64,000 nucleotides of DNA from Polyangiaceae bacterium (GTDB lineage: Bacteria > Myxococcota_A > Polyangia > Polyangiales > Polyangiaceae): positions 454,514 through 518,513 of the forward strand of contig CBDCTZ010000008.1 in assembly GCA_965222375.1 (NCBI GenBank), written 5' to 3'. The stretch's first letter is position 1; each line of letters begins with the position of its first letter. Shown here one piece after another: positions 37,982 through 46,859 of this stretch. The notes below the pieces were generated by a model. That model did not search any database, was not told the origin of the DNA, and worked only from the letters and a program-made list of their open reading frames with translations. Made by a program: the position numbers and the translations under genes.

Positions 37982-39949
37982 ATGTCGGAATCAATGACCC
38001 GAACGCTGGCGCAAGTCTTGCGCAGTCTGACCGATGTGCTGGTGCTCTCCCTCGCGTATTGGGCAGCGTTTTTCGTGCGATTCGACGGTGTGCCGCCATT
38101 CAACATGGTCAAGCTGCTGATGTTCACGTGGGGCTACGTGATCGGCCTAGAACTGTTCACCCTGTATGCTTTTTCGGTTCCGAGTATCGCCTGGCGCTAC
38201 ATCGGCCTGCGGGACATGAAGCGTATCGGGGCGGCAGTGGCCGCAAGCAGCGCGGTGCTTCTAACGCTTCGTCTCGTCGCTCCCGCAGCTGTCCAGGCGT
38301 TTCCTCACGCCACCTACGCTCTGGTACCCATCGGCGTCATGGCGGTCAACGCCGTGCTGAGTTTCCTTGGCATCACAGGTGTACGGGTGCTGCGGCGGTT
38401 ACTGCATGAGCGAGCCAAAAGCCGTAATATAGGCACGGTCCAAAGTAAGATCCCGACGCTTCTCGTCGGCTCGGGTCAAGCGGGGGTGATGGTAGCGAAG
38501 GAAATCGCTGGCCGTCCCGACGTGCCGTTCTTCCCGGTCGGGTTTCTCGACGACGACCCAACCAAACTCGGCACCATCGTGCATGGAATTCGAGTTCTGG
38601 GCAGTGTCGATCAAGTCGCAGAGCTGAGTGAACGGACTGGAGCGCGCCAGGCAATCATCACCATGGCAAGCGCCACGGGATCCCAGATCCGACGCATTCG
38701 GGACCTGTGTAGCCAGTCGGGGATCCCGACGAAGATCATCCCGGGAGTGTACGAAATCCTGCACGGGCACGTGAATCTCTCGCGTATCCGGGAGGTCTCC
38801 ATCGAAGACCTGTTGGGGCGGGACGCGGTCACTCTGGACGTGGAACGAATCAGCGAGTTCCTGCACGGCAAGCGCGTCTTGATAACCGGAGCAGGCGGGT
38901 CCATCGGCTCGGAGCTATGCCGGCAGGTTGCACGCTTCGAGCCCAAAACGCTGTGCCTGGTCGAGCAAGCCGAATTTAACTTGTTCACCATTCACCAGGA
39001 ACTACGAGCTTCGTTCCCTGAGCAGGACCTACGACCGCTGATTTGTGACATATGCGATACGGCGCGTGTCAACGGAGTCTTCGACGCCGAGATGCCCGAG
39101 GTCGTCTTTCATGCCGCCGCGCACAAGCACGTGCCGATGATGGAATGGAACCCGGGAGAGGCGATCAAGAACAACGTTTTTGGCACGAAGAAGGTCGCCG
39201 ACGCGGCCGCCCGAATTGGCAGCGACGCGTTCGTGATGATCAGCACTGACAAGGCGGTCAACCCGACATCGATCATGGGCGCTTCGAAGCGTGCCGCCGA
39301 AATCTACATCCAGGCACTCTCGCAGCACGCTTCAACGAACTTCGTGGCCGTTCGTTTCGGTAACGTGCTGGGCTCTGCTGGCTCAGTAATACCTATCTTC
39401 AAGGCGCAGATTGAAGCAGGCGGGCCCGTCATGGTCACGCACCCGGAAATGATACGTCATTTCATGACCATCCCTGAGGCAAGCCAGCTGGTGATGCAAG
39501 CTGCAACCATGGGAAACAGTGGGGAAATTCTACTCCTCGACATGGGCGAGCCGGTGCGCATCGTCGACCTCGCCGAGGAACTCATTCGATTGAGCGGGCT
39601 CACTCCCGGAGTCGACATCGAGATCGAGTTCTCGGGCATTCGACCCGGAGAAAAGCTGTTCGAGGAGCTGTCCTTCGATGCCGAGAAGATGACCAAGACG
39701 AGCCACGAGAAGATTTTCGTGGGCAAGCTGAGCGCTGGCGAATTCGCTCGGGTCGACACGCATGTGGATTCGCTTGCGGACGTCACCGGCAGCACATCCA
39801 GCGAAGAGGTACGCGCGGCTCTGCGATGCATGGTGCCGGAACTTCAGGAGCCCAGCCAGGACCCTCTTCCTTCCGGCGCGCCTTCTGCGGCGAGTGACAG
39901 ACAGGGCAATGCTTCGCCCATTCCGGCCCAGATCGCCCACGCGCACTAG
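37982..39949 (+). CDS. Membrane-bound UDP-GlcNAc 4,6-dehydratase (CapD/WbpM/PglF)
   Basis: 4 N-terminal TM; TGAGGSIGSEL, FHAAAHKHVP, ISTDKAVNPTSIMGASK, RFGNVLGS, RPGEKLFEEL. Confidence 0.95.
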   Translation: MSESMTRTLAQVLRSLTDVLVLSLAYWAAFFVRFDGVPPFNMVKLLMFTWGYVIGLELFTLYAFSVPSIAWRYIGLRDMKRIGAAVAASSAVLLTLRLVAPAAVQAFPHATYALVPIGVMAVNAVLSFLGITGVRVLRRLLHERAKSRNIGTVQSKIPTLLVGSGQAGVMVAKEIAGRPDVPFFPVGFLDDDPTKLGTIVHGIRVLGSVDQVAELSERTGARQAIITMASATGSQIRRIRDLCSQSGIPTKIIPGVYEILHGHVNLSRIREVSIEDLLGRDAVTLDVERISEFLHGKRVLITGAGGSIGSELCRQVARFEPKTLCLVEQAEFNLFTIHQELRASFPEQDLRPLICDICDTARVNGVFDAEMPEVVFHAAAHKHVPMMEWNPGEAIKNNVFGTKKVADAAARIGSDAFVMISTDKAVNPTSIMGASKRAAEIYIQALSQHASTNFVAVRFGNVLGSAGSVIPIFKAQIEAGGPVMVTHPEMIRHFMTIPEASQLVMQAATMGNSGEILLLDMGEPVRIVDLAEELIRLSGLTPGVDIEIEFSGIRPGEKLFEELSFDAEKMTKTSHEKIFVGKLSAGEFARVDTHVDSLADVTGSTSSEEVRAALRCMVPELQEPSQDPLPSGAPSAASDRQGNASPIPAQIAHAH

Positions 39950-40005
39950 GACGCCCCAGGAGTGTGCGGCCTCGGCGACCCGTCTCTGTGCTATGAGGCG
40001 GCCGG

Positions 40006-41097
40006 ATGCTGTCCACCTCCGCTCCTGAGGGTCGGCCAGGCGCAACCGTAGCGGCTGTGCTCCGCGTCGCCGTAGTCGGCGCGGGTCGGTGGGGCACGAA
40101 CGTAATTCGCGCCTTTCAGGCCACACCCTCGGCCGCCCTCTCGATTGTTTGTGACAGGAGCCCCGAGCGCCTTCACGCCGTCGACGGGCAGTTTGATAGG
40201 CTTACGGACTTCCAGGAAGTCCTAGACAGCCCGACCGTTGAAGCCATCGCGATTGCGACGCCGCCATCGTCGCACTCGGCGCTGGCGGTTGCGGCCCTGG
40301 ATGCGGGGAAACACGTCTTCGTCGAGAAGCCAATGGCGGTCAGCCTGGAAGGCGCGCTGGCCGTCCGCGCGGCTGCCGCCCGAAATCGCCGCCGCGTCAT
40401 GGTGGGCTATGTACTGCAACACCATCCCGCGGTCAGCGCTCTAGTCTCGACGATCGGAACCGCCGCGTTGGGCGCACCATTAGCGGTCCTGTCCCACCGC
40501 GGGGGTGGACGCCAGCCGGGTGCAGCACACCCTGCATGGTGGTCACTCGCACCCCACGACGTAAGCCTGGCTGAGTCGCTTTTCGGGCGTGCGGCCCAAA
40601 GCATCAGCGCCGTAGAAGACCCCGCCACCGGCGAGCAGCACGCCACGCTGGCGTACGCTTCTGGGCAGCACACCAGACTATGCATCGAGCCCCATGCCCG
40701 CCGGCGTCACCGTCGGTTCATCCTGCTGGGGACGCGCGGCGCAGCCGTGTTCGACGATCTGGAGCCTCTCAACAAGCTCAAGCTTTACTCACTCCGTCTC
40801 GATCCTGCCATCCCGCTCGAAGAGGTTGCCCACGCGCTGAAAGCGCGTCGCTTCGTGGCGCCGAAGCTTGCTACCGATGAGCCGCTAAAACTCGAAATCG
40901 CGCACTTCGTCCAAAGCGTCCGTGCCCAAGCCCCGTTCCGCACGGACGTCGACCACGCGGTAGACGTGGTCAACGCGCTGGCCGCTGGCGAATGGTCCCA
41001 ACATCGGAACGGGCTGCCGGTCCCGATAGCGGACTGGCATCGTCCCTACGACCAGCGCCGTCAGGCCTTGGGCGGCGCGTCAGCCTCCTCGTCGTGA
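40006..41097 (+). CDS. Gfo/Idh/MocA oxidoreductase (WbpB-like candidate)
   Basis: VVGAGRWG, IATPPSSH, GKHVFVEKPM, LAPHD. Confidence 0.88.
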   Translation: MLSTSAPEGRPGATVAAVLRVAVVGAGRWGTNVIRAFQATPSAALSIVCDRSPERLHAVDGQFDRLTDFQEVLDSPTVEAIAIATPPSSHSALAVAALDAGKHVFVEKPMAVSLEGALAVRAAAARNRRRVMVGYVLQHHPAVSALVSTIGTAALGAPLAVLSHRGGGRQPGAAHPAWWSLAPHDVSLAESLFGRAAQSISAVEDPATGEQHATLAYASGQHTRLCIEPHARRRHRRFILLGTRGAAVFDDLEPLNKLKLYSLRLDPAIPLEEVAHALKARRFVAPKLATDEPLKLEIAHFVQSVRAQAPFRTDVDHAVDVVNALAAGEWSQHRNGLPVPIADWHRPYDQRRQALGGASASSS

Positions 41098-43241
41098 CGG
41101 CCGTAGTATCCGTATTGATAGTAGTTGCTGTACCGCCCGTAGCCCAAACGCACCAAATCCAGTGCGTTGAGCACACAGCCCACGACCGGCACTCCCACAT
41201 CCGTCATGGAGCGCAACGCCTTCTTGGCAACATCTCGTTGGGTCTTCGAGGACCGCACGACGAACACGACTCCGTCGACTCGGGTTCCCAAGATTGTCGC
41301 ATCCGATACGATCGATGCGGGAGGGCTATCGATCACGACGCGGTCGAACTGCTCGCCGAGCTGGTCGAGCAGGGACGTGAGTGCGTCGCTTTGGAGGAAC
41401 TCTGCTGGATTGGGCACACGCGGACCGGAGGGCAACACACTTAGGTTGTCGATTTCGGTCTTCATCAGCTCGAGATCCAGTCTCGCAGGATCTATCGTGA
41501 CGCTCGTCACCCCGACATCATTGGTCAGCCCAAATACCCGGTGCACCCGTGGGCGCCGCAAGTCGCAGTCTAGTAGCAGCACGCGCTGACCCGCCTGCGC
41601 CATTGCGATCGCAATCGTGCTCGCGACCGTCGTTTTTCCCTCGCCAGGACTGGGGCTGGTCACGAGCAAGCGCGAATAGGGCTTGTCTGGTGACATGAAC
41701 AGAAGATTCGTCCGAATGCCTCGGGCCGCTTCAGCCAAAGCGCTGGTCGGGTGCTCATGGGCCTGAATTTCAGGCCGCTCGCTGTGGTCACGCTTCGATG
41801 TACCGGCGCCACCGGACAGTGGCAGCGACCCCAAGAATGGGAGGGCCAGCTCCCGTTCCACGTCATCCGAAGTCTTGACGCTTCTGTCCAATTGGTCGCG
41901 ACCAAAAGCAGCCAGGAGGCCCAAGAACACCCCCACCATCACACCGATGCCGATGTTCAGAGGAACCCTGGGCTTGACCGGTTGGGCGGTAGCCCGAGCT
42001 TCCTCCACCACGCGAATGTTGTTGAAGCGCATCATACTCGCGAGTTGCGATTCCTTGGTGCGCTCGAGCACGACGCCAAAAAGCTTCTCGTTGTTGGCCT
42101 TGGTTCGCTCCAGCCGCCGGTACTTGATCTCCAGAATGTTGATATCCAGCGCGCGCTGCTTCGCTGCATCGTTCAGGCGCTTGAGCCCGCCCGCTTCGCG
42201 GGTCAGCGCTCGGAGGTCGCCCTTCACCGAGCCACGGACGTTCTGCATTTCCTTCAGCAAGGCTTCGCGAGTGGTCGCCACCTTCGCCGCCGACGCTTTG
42301 ACCTCCGGGTGGTTGTCGCCCTTTCCGGAGTTTCGAATGCTTGCTAGATCGCTCTTCGCTCGGATGTAGTTTTCGCGAAGCGCGGTGAGCAGGCCGTTGG
42401 AGAGCAATTCCTTGGCCGGTAGCGCAACAGGGTCATCCGAGTCGACTTTCGCCAGCTCCTGAGCCCGACTTTGGACGTGCTCACGCCGGGTACGAACTTG
42501 TGTGAGCGCTGAGTTGAGTTGCTTGATTTCCTCACCGAGCATGTTGTTCTGGTCGTCCAAAGAGACGGACAGAATGCGTTTTTCTTTCTTGTATTCATGC
42601 AGGGCCAGTTCGCTCTTCTCGAGATCCTTCTTGAGCTTGACCAACTGCTCCTGAAGCCACTTGCTTGCCGTTGTGTTCGACTGCGCCACATCGTCGACGT
42701 TTCGCTCCAGGTAGGAGTTGATCACGGCGCTGAGCACGCGGCGGGCGCGTTCGGGGTCGGCGTCGTCGAAGGATACGGTAACGAGACGGCTTTCCTTGAT
42801 GGGATCTACCGAGAGCCGACTGAGCAACGCGTCCGCGGCCACGGCCACTGGGACCTCAGTGCCAGCAGAAGTTGCCTCGTTTCTCACGAAAGACGCGTCA
42901 CGGTGTAGGCCCAAATCCTTCACCGCGTCTGTCGCGGTGCGACGACTCTTGAGGACGCGATACTGCGTCGCGTAGTACTCCTGGTTTGTAAAGAAGTTGT
43001 CCGCACCCATGGTCACCACCGCCTGGACGTCGCCGCCGAGGGGGCTGACGGGGGTTGGGTCGATTTGCAGCACGGCGACTGCCCGGTACACCTTCGTTTG
43101 GCCGAGGGTGTAGAAAGCGGCGGCCGCGCTCACCACCGTTGCCACGGCGAGAATCAACCACTTTCCCTTGTGCACCGCACGCCACAAGTGCTCTAGGGAC
43201 CGGCTATCCGGGGAGTCTGCTTGAGTGGGTTCGTCCGTCAC
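41061..43241 (-). CDS. wzc: Polysaccharide co-polymerase / tyrosine autokinase
   Basis: Two TM flanking a coiled coil; SPGEGKTT, DCDLRRP, IDSPP; C-terminal Tyr cluster YGRYSNYYQYGYYG. Confidence 0.93.
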   Translation of the reverse strand: MTDEPTQADSPDSRSLEHLWRAVHKGKWLILAVATVVSAAAAFYTLGQTKVYRAVAVLQIDPTPVSPLGGDVQAVVTMGADNFFTNQEYYATQYRVLKSRRTATDAVKDLGLHRDASFVRNEATSAGTEVPVAVAADALLSRLSVDPIKESRLVTVSFDDADPERARRVLSAVINSYLERNVDDVAQSNTTASKWLQEQLVKLKKDLEKSELALHEYKKEKRILSVSLDDQNNMLGEEIKQLNSALTQVRTRREHVQSRAQELAKVDSDDPVALPAKELLSNGLLTALRENYIRAKSDLASIRNSGKGDNHPEVKASAAKVATTREALLKEMQNVRGSVKGDLRALTREAGGLKRLNDAAKQRALDINILEIKYRRLERTKANNEKLFGVVLERTKESQLASMMRFNNIRVVEEARATAQPVKPRVPLNIGIGVMVGVFLGLLAAFGRDQLDRSVKTSDDVERELALPFLGSLPLSGGAGTSKRDHSERPEIQAHEHPTSALAEAARGIRTNLLFMSPDKPYSRLLVTSPSPGEGKTTVASTIAIAMAQAGQRVLLLDCDLRRPRVHRVFGLTNDVGVTSVTIDPARLDLELMKTEIDNLSVLPSGPRVPNPAEFLQSDALTSLLDQLGEQFDRVVIDSPPASIVSDATILGTRVDGVVFVVRSSKTQRDVAKKALRSMTDVGVPVVGCVLNALDLVRLGYGRYSNYYQYGYYGRHDEEADAPPKA

Positions 43242-43409
43242 GATATTCGCTCACAGAGTACGCACCTGACTCAGGTGCACAGGGCCTCGTTGGATTCAAA
43301 GCGGCGGCCTCAAGACTCAGCCGCACGGCCCCGTCTCCCCGAACCCGCCAGCCGCTACTAGCTGACGTTCTACCTCCGGGCAAGTCGTGATAGCCTCAAA
43401 AACACCAAG

Positions 43410-44588
43410 TTGTCCGACGTTCTCGGCCTCAATCCTCCCAGGTACGCCCATTCCGACCCGTTGAGGTGGGCCCTGCTCCGCGCATTCGCTCCGCCTGTGA
43501 CGCGTTGCGTTATTTCCGACGAAGGAGTCCGCGGGGCCGAGCTGGCCTGCCGGCTGGGATTGGCGGACCGCATCTGGTCCCGGGTACCGGAGGAGCAGAT
43601 CCGGCGAGAACTCGGGCCGGGCGCTCAGAAGCTCGCCTTTTCGTTCCTGGCAACGCGAGCGGCCCACGGACAGATGTTGGGTGCATTGCAGCGAGTGGTC
43701 CGCGCCGCAAGGGCGCTCGAGATCCCGGTAGTGCTCCTCAAGTACGGCGCACTCGCGTCGGGCGGCTACACCCAACCAGGAAGCCGCGATGCGCGTGACC
43801 TCGACGTCTTGGTGCCTTCCGAGCGAGCTGCGTCTTTGCAGGAACGCCTACAAGACGATGGCATGACGCCCATCGGGCAAAGGGCGCCTCGTCACCACTT
43901 GCCAGGTCTCCGCAACGAACGAGGCGAAGCCGTCGAAGTGCATCGCTTCATTCCGGGACTCCTACACAACGGCCGCGAGCTCGAGGCGGCCGACATCCTG
44001 CGCGAAGGCTGGGCGCAGCGAACTGAGATAGATGGCGGGATTGTCTTCATTCCAGCGCGACACTTGCTCATCGCGCATGCGACAGTGCACGGCGTGGTGC
44101 AGCACTTAGAGAGCCCACTCAACTACACTCTGACTCGAATGCTCTGCGACCTCAGCGACCTTGGAGCCGGGCGTCCTGAGTTTCGAGCTTCGTCAGTGGC
44201 GCACTGGCTAGAAGAGGGCACTAGTAGCGTCGAACTCGACGCGGTGTGCTCACTGGTTCGCCTGCTAGAGGCAGGTCTGCAGCCCAAGCCAGGAAGCGTC
44301 GAATGTATCTTGCTCAGCCACATTGTCGCTTCCGCTTGCGACCCCGCATATCAAGATCAACTCAGAGTCCGACGCCTGATCACCTTGTTTCGCACTGGGC
44401 AGCTCGCTCAATCTCTGCGGGCGGTGTCATGGCCCGATCGCGGTGCAGCCCAGCGGCTGGTACGCGCGATCCTGAACCGGCCTCACCCTGTGGCGACTTG
44501 GCGGCGCTTGACGAATGTGGTGCGAGGAGCCGCTACGGAAGTTCGAGCTGCTCTGCCACCACGCTTGCCGCGCGATCAAGATCTGTGA
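43410..44588 (+). CDS. Nucleotidyltransferase family protein (lasso-cluster-associated, NTP_transf_5-like)
   Basis: VVLLKYGAL, RDARDLDVLV, VEVHRF, LCDL; adjacent to the peptide kinase. Confidence 0.78.
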   Translation: MSDVLGLNPPRYAHSDPLRWALLRAFAPPVTRCVISDEGVRGAELACRLGLADRIWSRVPEEQIRRELGPGAQKLAFSFLATRAAHGQMLGALQRVVRAARALEIPVVLLKYGALASGGYTQPGSRDARDLDVLVPSERAASLQERLQDDGMTPIGQRAPRHHLPGLRNERGEAVEVHRFIPGLLHNGRELEAADILREGWAQRTEIDGGIVFIPARHLLIAHATVHGVVQHLESPLNYTLTRMLCDLSDLGAGRPEFRASSVAHWLEEGTSSVELDAVCSLVRLLEAGLQPKPGSVECILLSHIVASACDPAYQDQLRVRRLITLFRTGQLAQSLRAVSWPDRGAAQRLVRAILNRPHPVATWRRLTNVVRGAATEVRAALPPRLPRDQDL

Positions 44589-45429
44589 ATCCGCGCGGAA
44601 CAGTGAGCTTTCGGACCCGCAGCATCGCGCTGACCCGGGCCCAACCCTCCAAGAGTGCGGCGGCGCTCGTGTCGGCAACGTACTCAGTGAGGTAGGAGTT
44701 CTTCACCAGCTCCATCAGTGCTGAACCCGGCGAGGGCGTTTCCACCTTGAGTTGACCGCCACTACTCACAATCACTACCGTAGCCAACGTCGCCGCGTCC
44801 GGGACAACTTCGGCATCCAGGCGGACCATCCTCTTGTCGAATGCAGGCGTGACCCGGACGGCCGCCTGCGCATCGAATCCAAGATGCGCCAGGGAGTCGG
44901 GCCACAGCTTTGCCGTCGGGGGCCCGCGCAAGCTCCGCAACCCCGTGCCTAAACCGTTTGGGGACAGGACTGTCATGCCATCCGAAAGTAGATGATGGCC
45001 CGTTGACGCGAGTGCCATCGCAAGCGTCGACTTCCCCGCCCCCGAGTGGCCTGCGATGCACACTGCCCGGCCATTCTTGGCAACGCAAGAGCCATGAAGG
45101 ACGAGCCAGCCGCGCTGATGGCAAACCATTGCCAGCCCCGCCCCGGACGCACACACACCCAAGGTCGCATCATCAGCAGCGTCTTCAGCGCCGACTTCGA
45201 TCATGCGGCCAGCGCGGACACGCACCGTCGCCGCCCCCTCAATGTGGGTCGCCGTGTCGTCCAGCATGAGGGAAAACTCGCGCGGCCCGGCGCGCAGTCC
45301 GGCCCTCAGCCGGATCTCCACATCCGGTGGGCGTTCGCTCGAACACCACCGGTGGTCAGGCCACAGGGGCAGCTCCGAAGCGATACTTAGGCCAAATGCC
45401 CCGTAGCGTCTCGATGGCCTGGCCATCAT
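44533..45429 (-). CDS. HPr-kinase-like lasso peptide kinase (PadeK-like)
   Basis: YGAFGLSIASELPL, LHGSCV, GHSGAGKSTLA, LSDG, KLWPDS. Confidence 0.85.
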   Translation of the reverse strand: MMARPSRRYGAFGLSIASELPLWPDHRWCSSERPPDVEIRLRAGLRAGPREFSLMLDDTATHIEGAATVRVRAGRMIEVGAEDAADDATLGVCASGAGLAMVCHQRGWLVLHGSCVAKNGRAVCIAGHSGAGKSTLAMALASTGHHLLSDGMTVLSPNGLGTGLRSLRGPPTAKLWPDSLAHLGFDAQAAVRVTPAFDKRMVRLDAEVVPDAATLATVVIVSSGGQLKVETPSPGSALMELVKNSYLTEYVADTSAAALLEGWARVSAMLRVRKLTVPRGFTDLDRAASVVAEQLELP

Positions 45430-46619
45430 CAGAAGGAGACCTGGACGCTAGGTACCCGCGGATACTGATAGCGCACGGCTACCGTCTGCCCTGGCGAAAC
45501 GTCCCGGGCAGCGGGCAAGAACAGCGTCGGGTTAAGCCAATGGCTTGCACCCTCGGGTGCAAGAGGATCGGTGGTCACCACTACGCCGGGCAGCAACTCT
45601 GCGTCGAAGTGCGTGACTAGCCCGTGACAGCGCCCGCGCTCCTGGATGGACAGCGTGCACACTTCGTCGAGCGCCTCCGACACGTCTCGGTCGAGCTCGA
45701 GCCTCACAAGGAGTTCTGATTCAGACAGCGAACGAAACCCTGCGGCCCGGCCCCGGCGCACACCCGCAACGAACCCGCCTGGGGCAGATGTGGCGAGTGT
45801 AGTCAGGTCTATGCCGTACCGCACACTCCACTGCTCGAGACACGCCGCCGTCCAGGTATGGGACCGCAGCGTTTCGTTATCTATTTCGACGAGGGTCCCG
45901 TGCAACGTGAGCTGACGCGGGAGCGCCGTCGCTTCTGGCTTCAGGTGCCGACGCCAGGCATCGGCAGTGGCTTCCAGCACACCTTCGCCAAAGGGATCGT
46001 CATCGAGGATTTCGGAAACCAACACGTCAGCCCGTTCAGGCAACTCGATTGCCGTGGACCAGCCCCGTATCAGTGTCACGTGGTCGCTCGCGCCGTTCGC
46101 GTGAATCACTCTTTGCGCTGCCATCAAACTGCTCGAGGCTTCCAGAGCGTAGACGTGACGAGCACCGGCCTGCACAGCGGCTACCGCGAGGATGCCCGTC
46201 CCTGTCCCAATGTCGACCACGACGTCCCCAGGTCGCACGAGCTCTTTGACGGCGCGGACCCACTGGGCCGTGCGAACAGAATCGCCCAGCATCGCTACGT
46301 GGATAGGCACAGCGCCAAAGCCTTCCTGCTCAGCGTCCGTTTCAAATCCGGCGCTTTCGTCGTCGGAGGTGATCGCACCGACACGGCGAAGCTCGGAAAG
46401 AGTTGCCAGCAACCCGATTGCGTCGCGTCTTCCAGCCAGTTCAGCCGACAGAATGCCCACCGCCTCCTGGAGTGGCCTCGGAACGGCTAGGACGCTGAGA
46501 ATTGGAAGGACGTGCGGCCCCAGGCGCAGCGAGCCGCGTGCCCCGGTCACGTCACACAAACCGTCAGACCGGATCTGGACGGTAGTGCCCGCAGCACAGC
46601 GGAAGGGCGCGTCTTCCAC
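45429..46619 (-). CDS. PRMT-like (protein arginine) methyltransferase with N-terminal RRE-like domain
   Basis: IHVAMLGDSVRT, VVDIGTGTGIL, AGARHVYALE, double-E loop VSEILDDDPFGEG, HGLVTHFDAEL, SHW loop. Confidence 0.82.
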   Translation of the reverse strand: MEDAPFRCAAGTTVQIRSDGLCDVTGARGSLRLGPHVLPILSVLAVPRPLQEAVGILSAELAGRRDAIGLLATLSELRRVGAITSDDESAGFETDAEQEGFGAVPIHVAMLGDSVRTAQWVRAVKELVRPGDVVVDIGTGTGILAVAAVQAGARHVYALEASSSLMAAQRVIHANGASDHVTLIRGWSTAIELPERADVLVSEILDDDPFGEGVLEATADAWRRHLKPEATALPRQLTLHGTLVEIDNETLRSHTWTAACLEQWSVRYGIDLTTLATSAPGGFVAGVRRGRAAGFRSLSESELLVRLELDRDVSEALDEVCTLSIQERGRCHGLVTHFDAELLPGVVVTTDPLAPEGASHWLNPTLFLPAARDVSPGQTVAVRYQYPRVPSVQVSF

Positions 46620-46650
46620 CGACCTCGAGTCTCAGTCAGTGACCGTTCGT

Positions 46651-46809
46651 TCAGGAAGGTGCGCGGGTGTTGATGCCGTCGCGGCGACGCACACCCCCCG
46701 CCTGAGTCAGATCGGCAACCGTCCCATGAACCACCAAACGCGGCCTCACGTAGGGCTTTCGCTGTTTAGTCTCCACGTGCTTTTCCGCTGATAGCTTCTG
46801 CCGGTCCAT
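46651..46809 (-). CDS. Lasso peptide precursor (52 aa; not in the ORF track)
   Basis: MDRQKLSAEKHVETKQRKPYVRPRLVVHGTVADLTQ|AGGVRRRDGINTRAPS; Y-17/P-14/L-12/G-8/T-2 leader; Asp8 acceptor; GGAAGG RBS. Confidence 0.92.
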   Translation of the reverse strand: MDRQKLSAEKHVETKQRKPYVRPRLVVHGTVADLTQAGGVRRRDGINTRAPS

Positions 46810-46859
46810 TACTCTACCTTCCAAGAGTGCTCAGTTGCCCGGGGCGCCGCTGACATTCA

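Noticed and set aside
45429..46619. Ribosomal protein L11 methyltransferase (PrmA)
   Set aside because: Only motif I (DIGTGTGIL) is shared; the MLxDxxR helix, double-E loop, C-terminal barrel and SHW loop are PRMT features.
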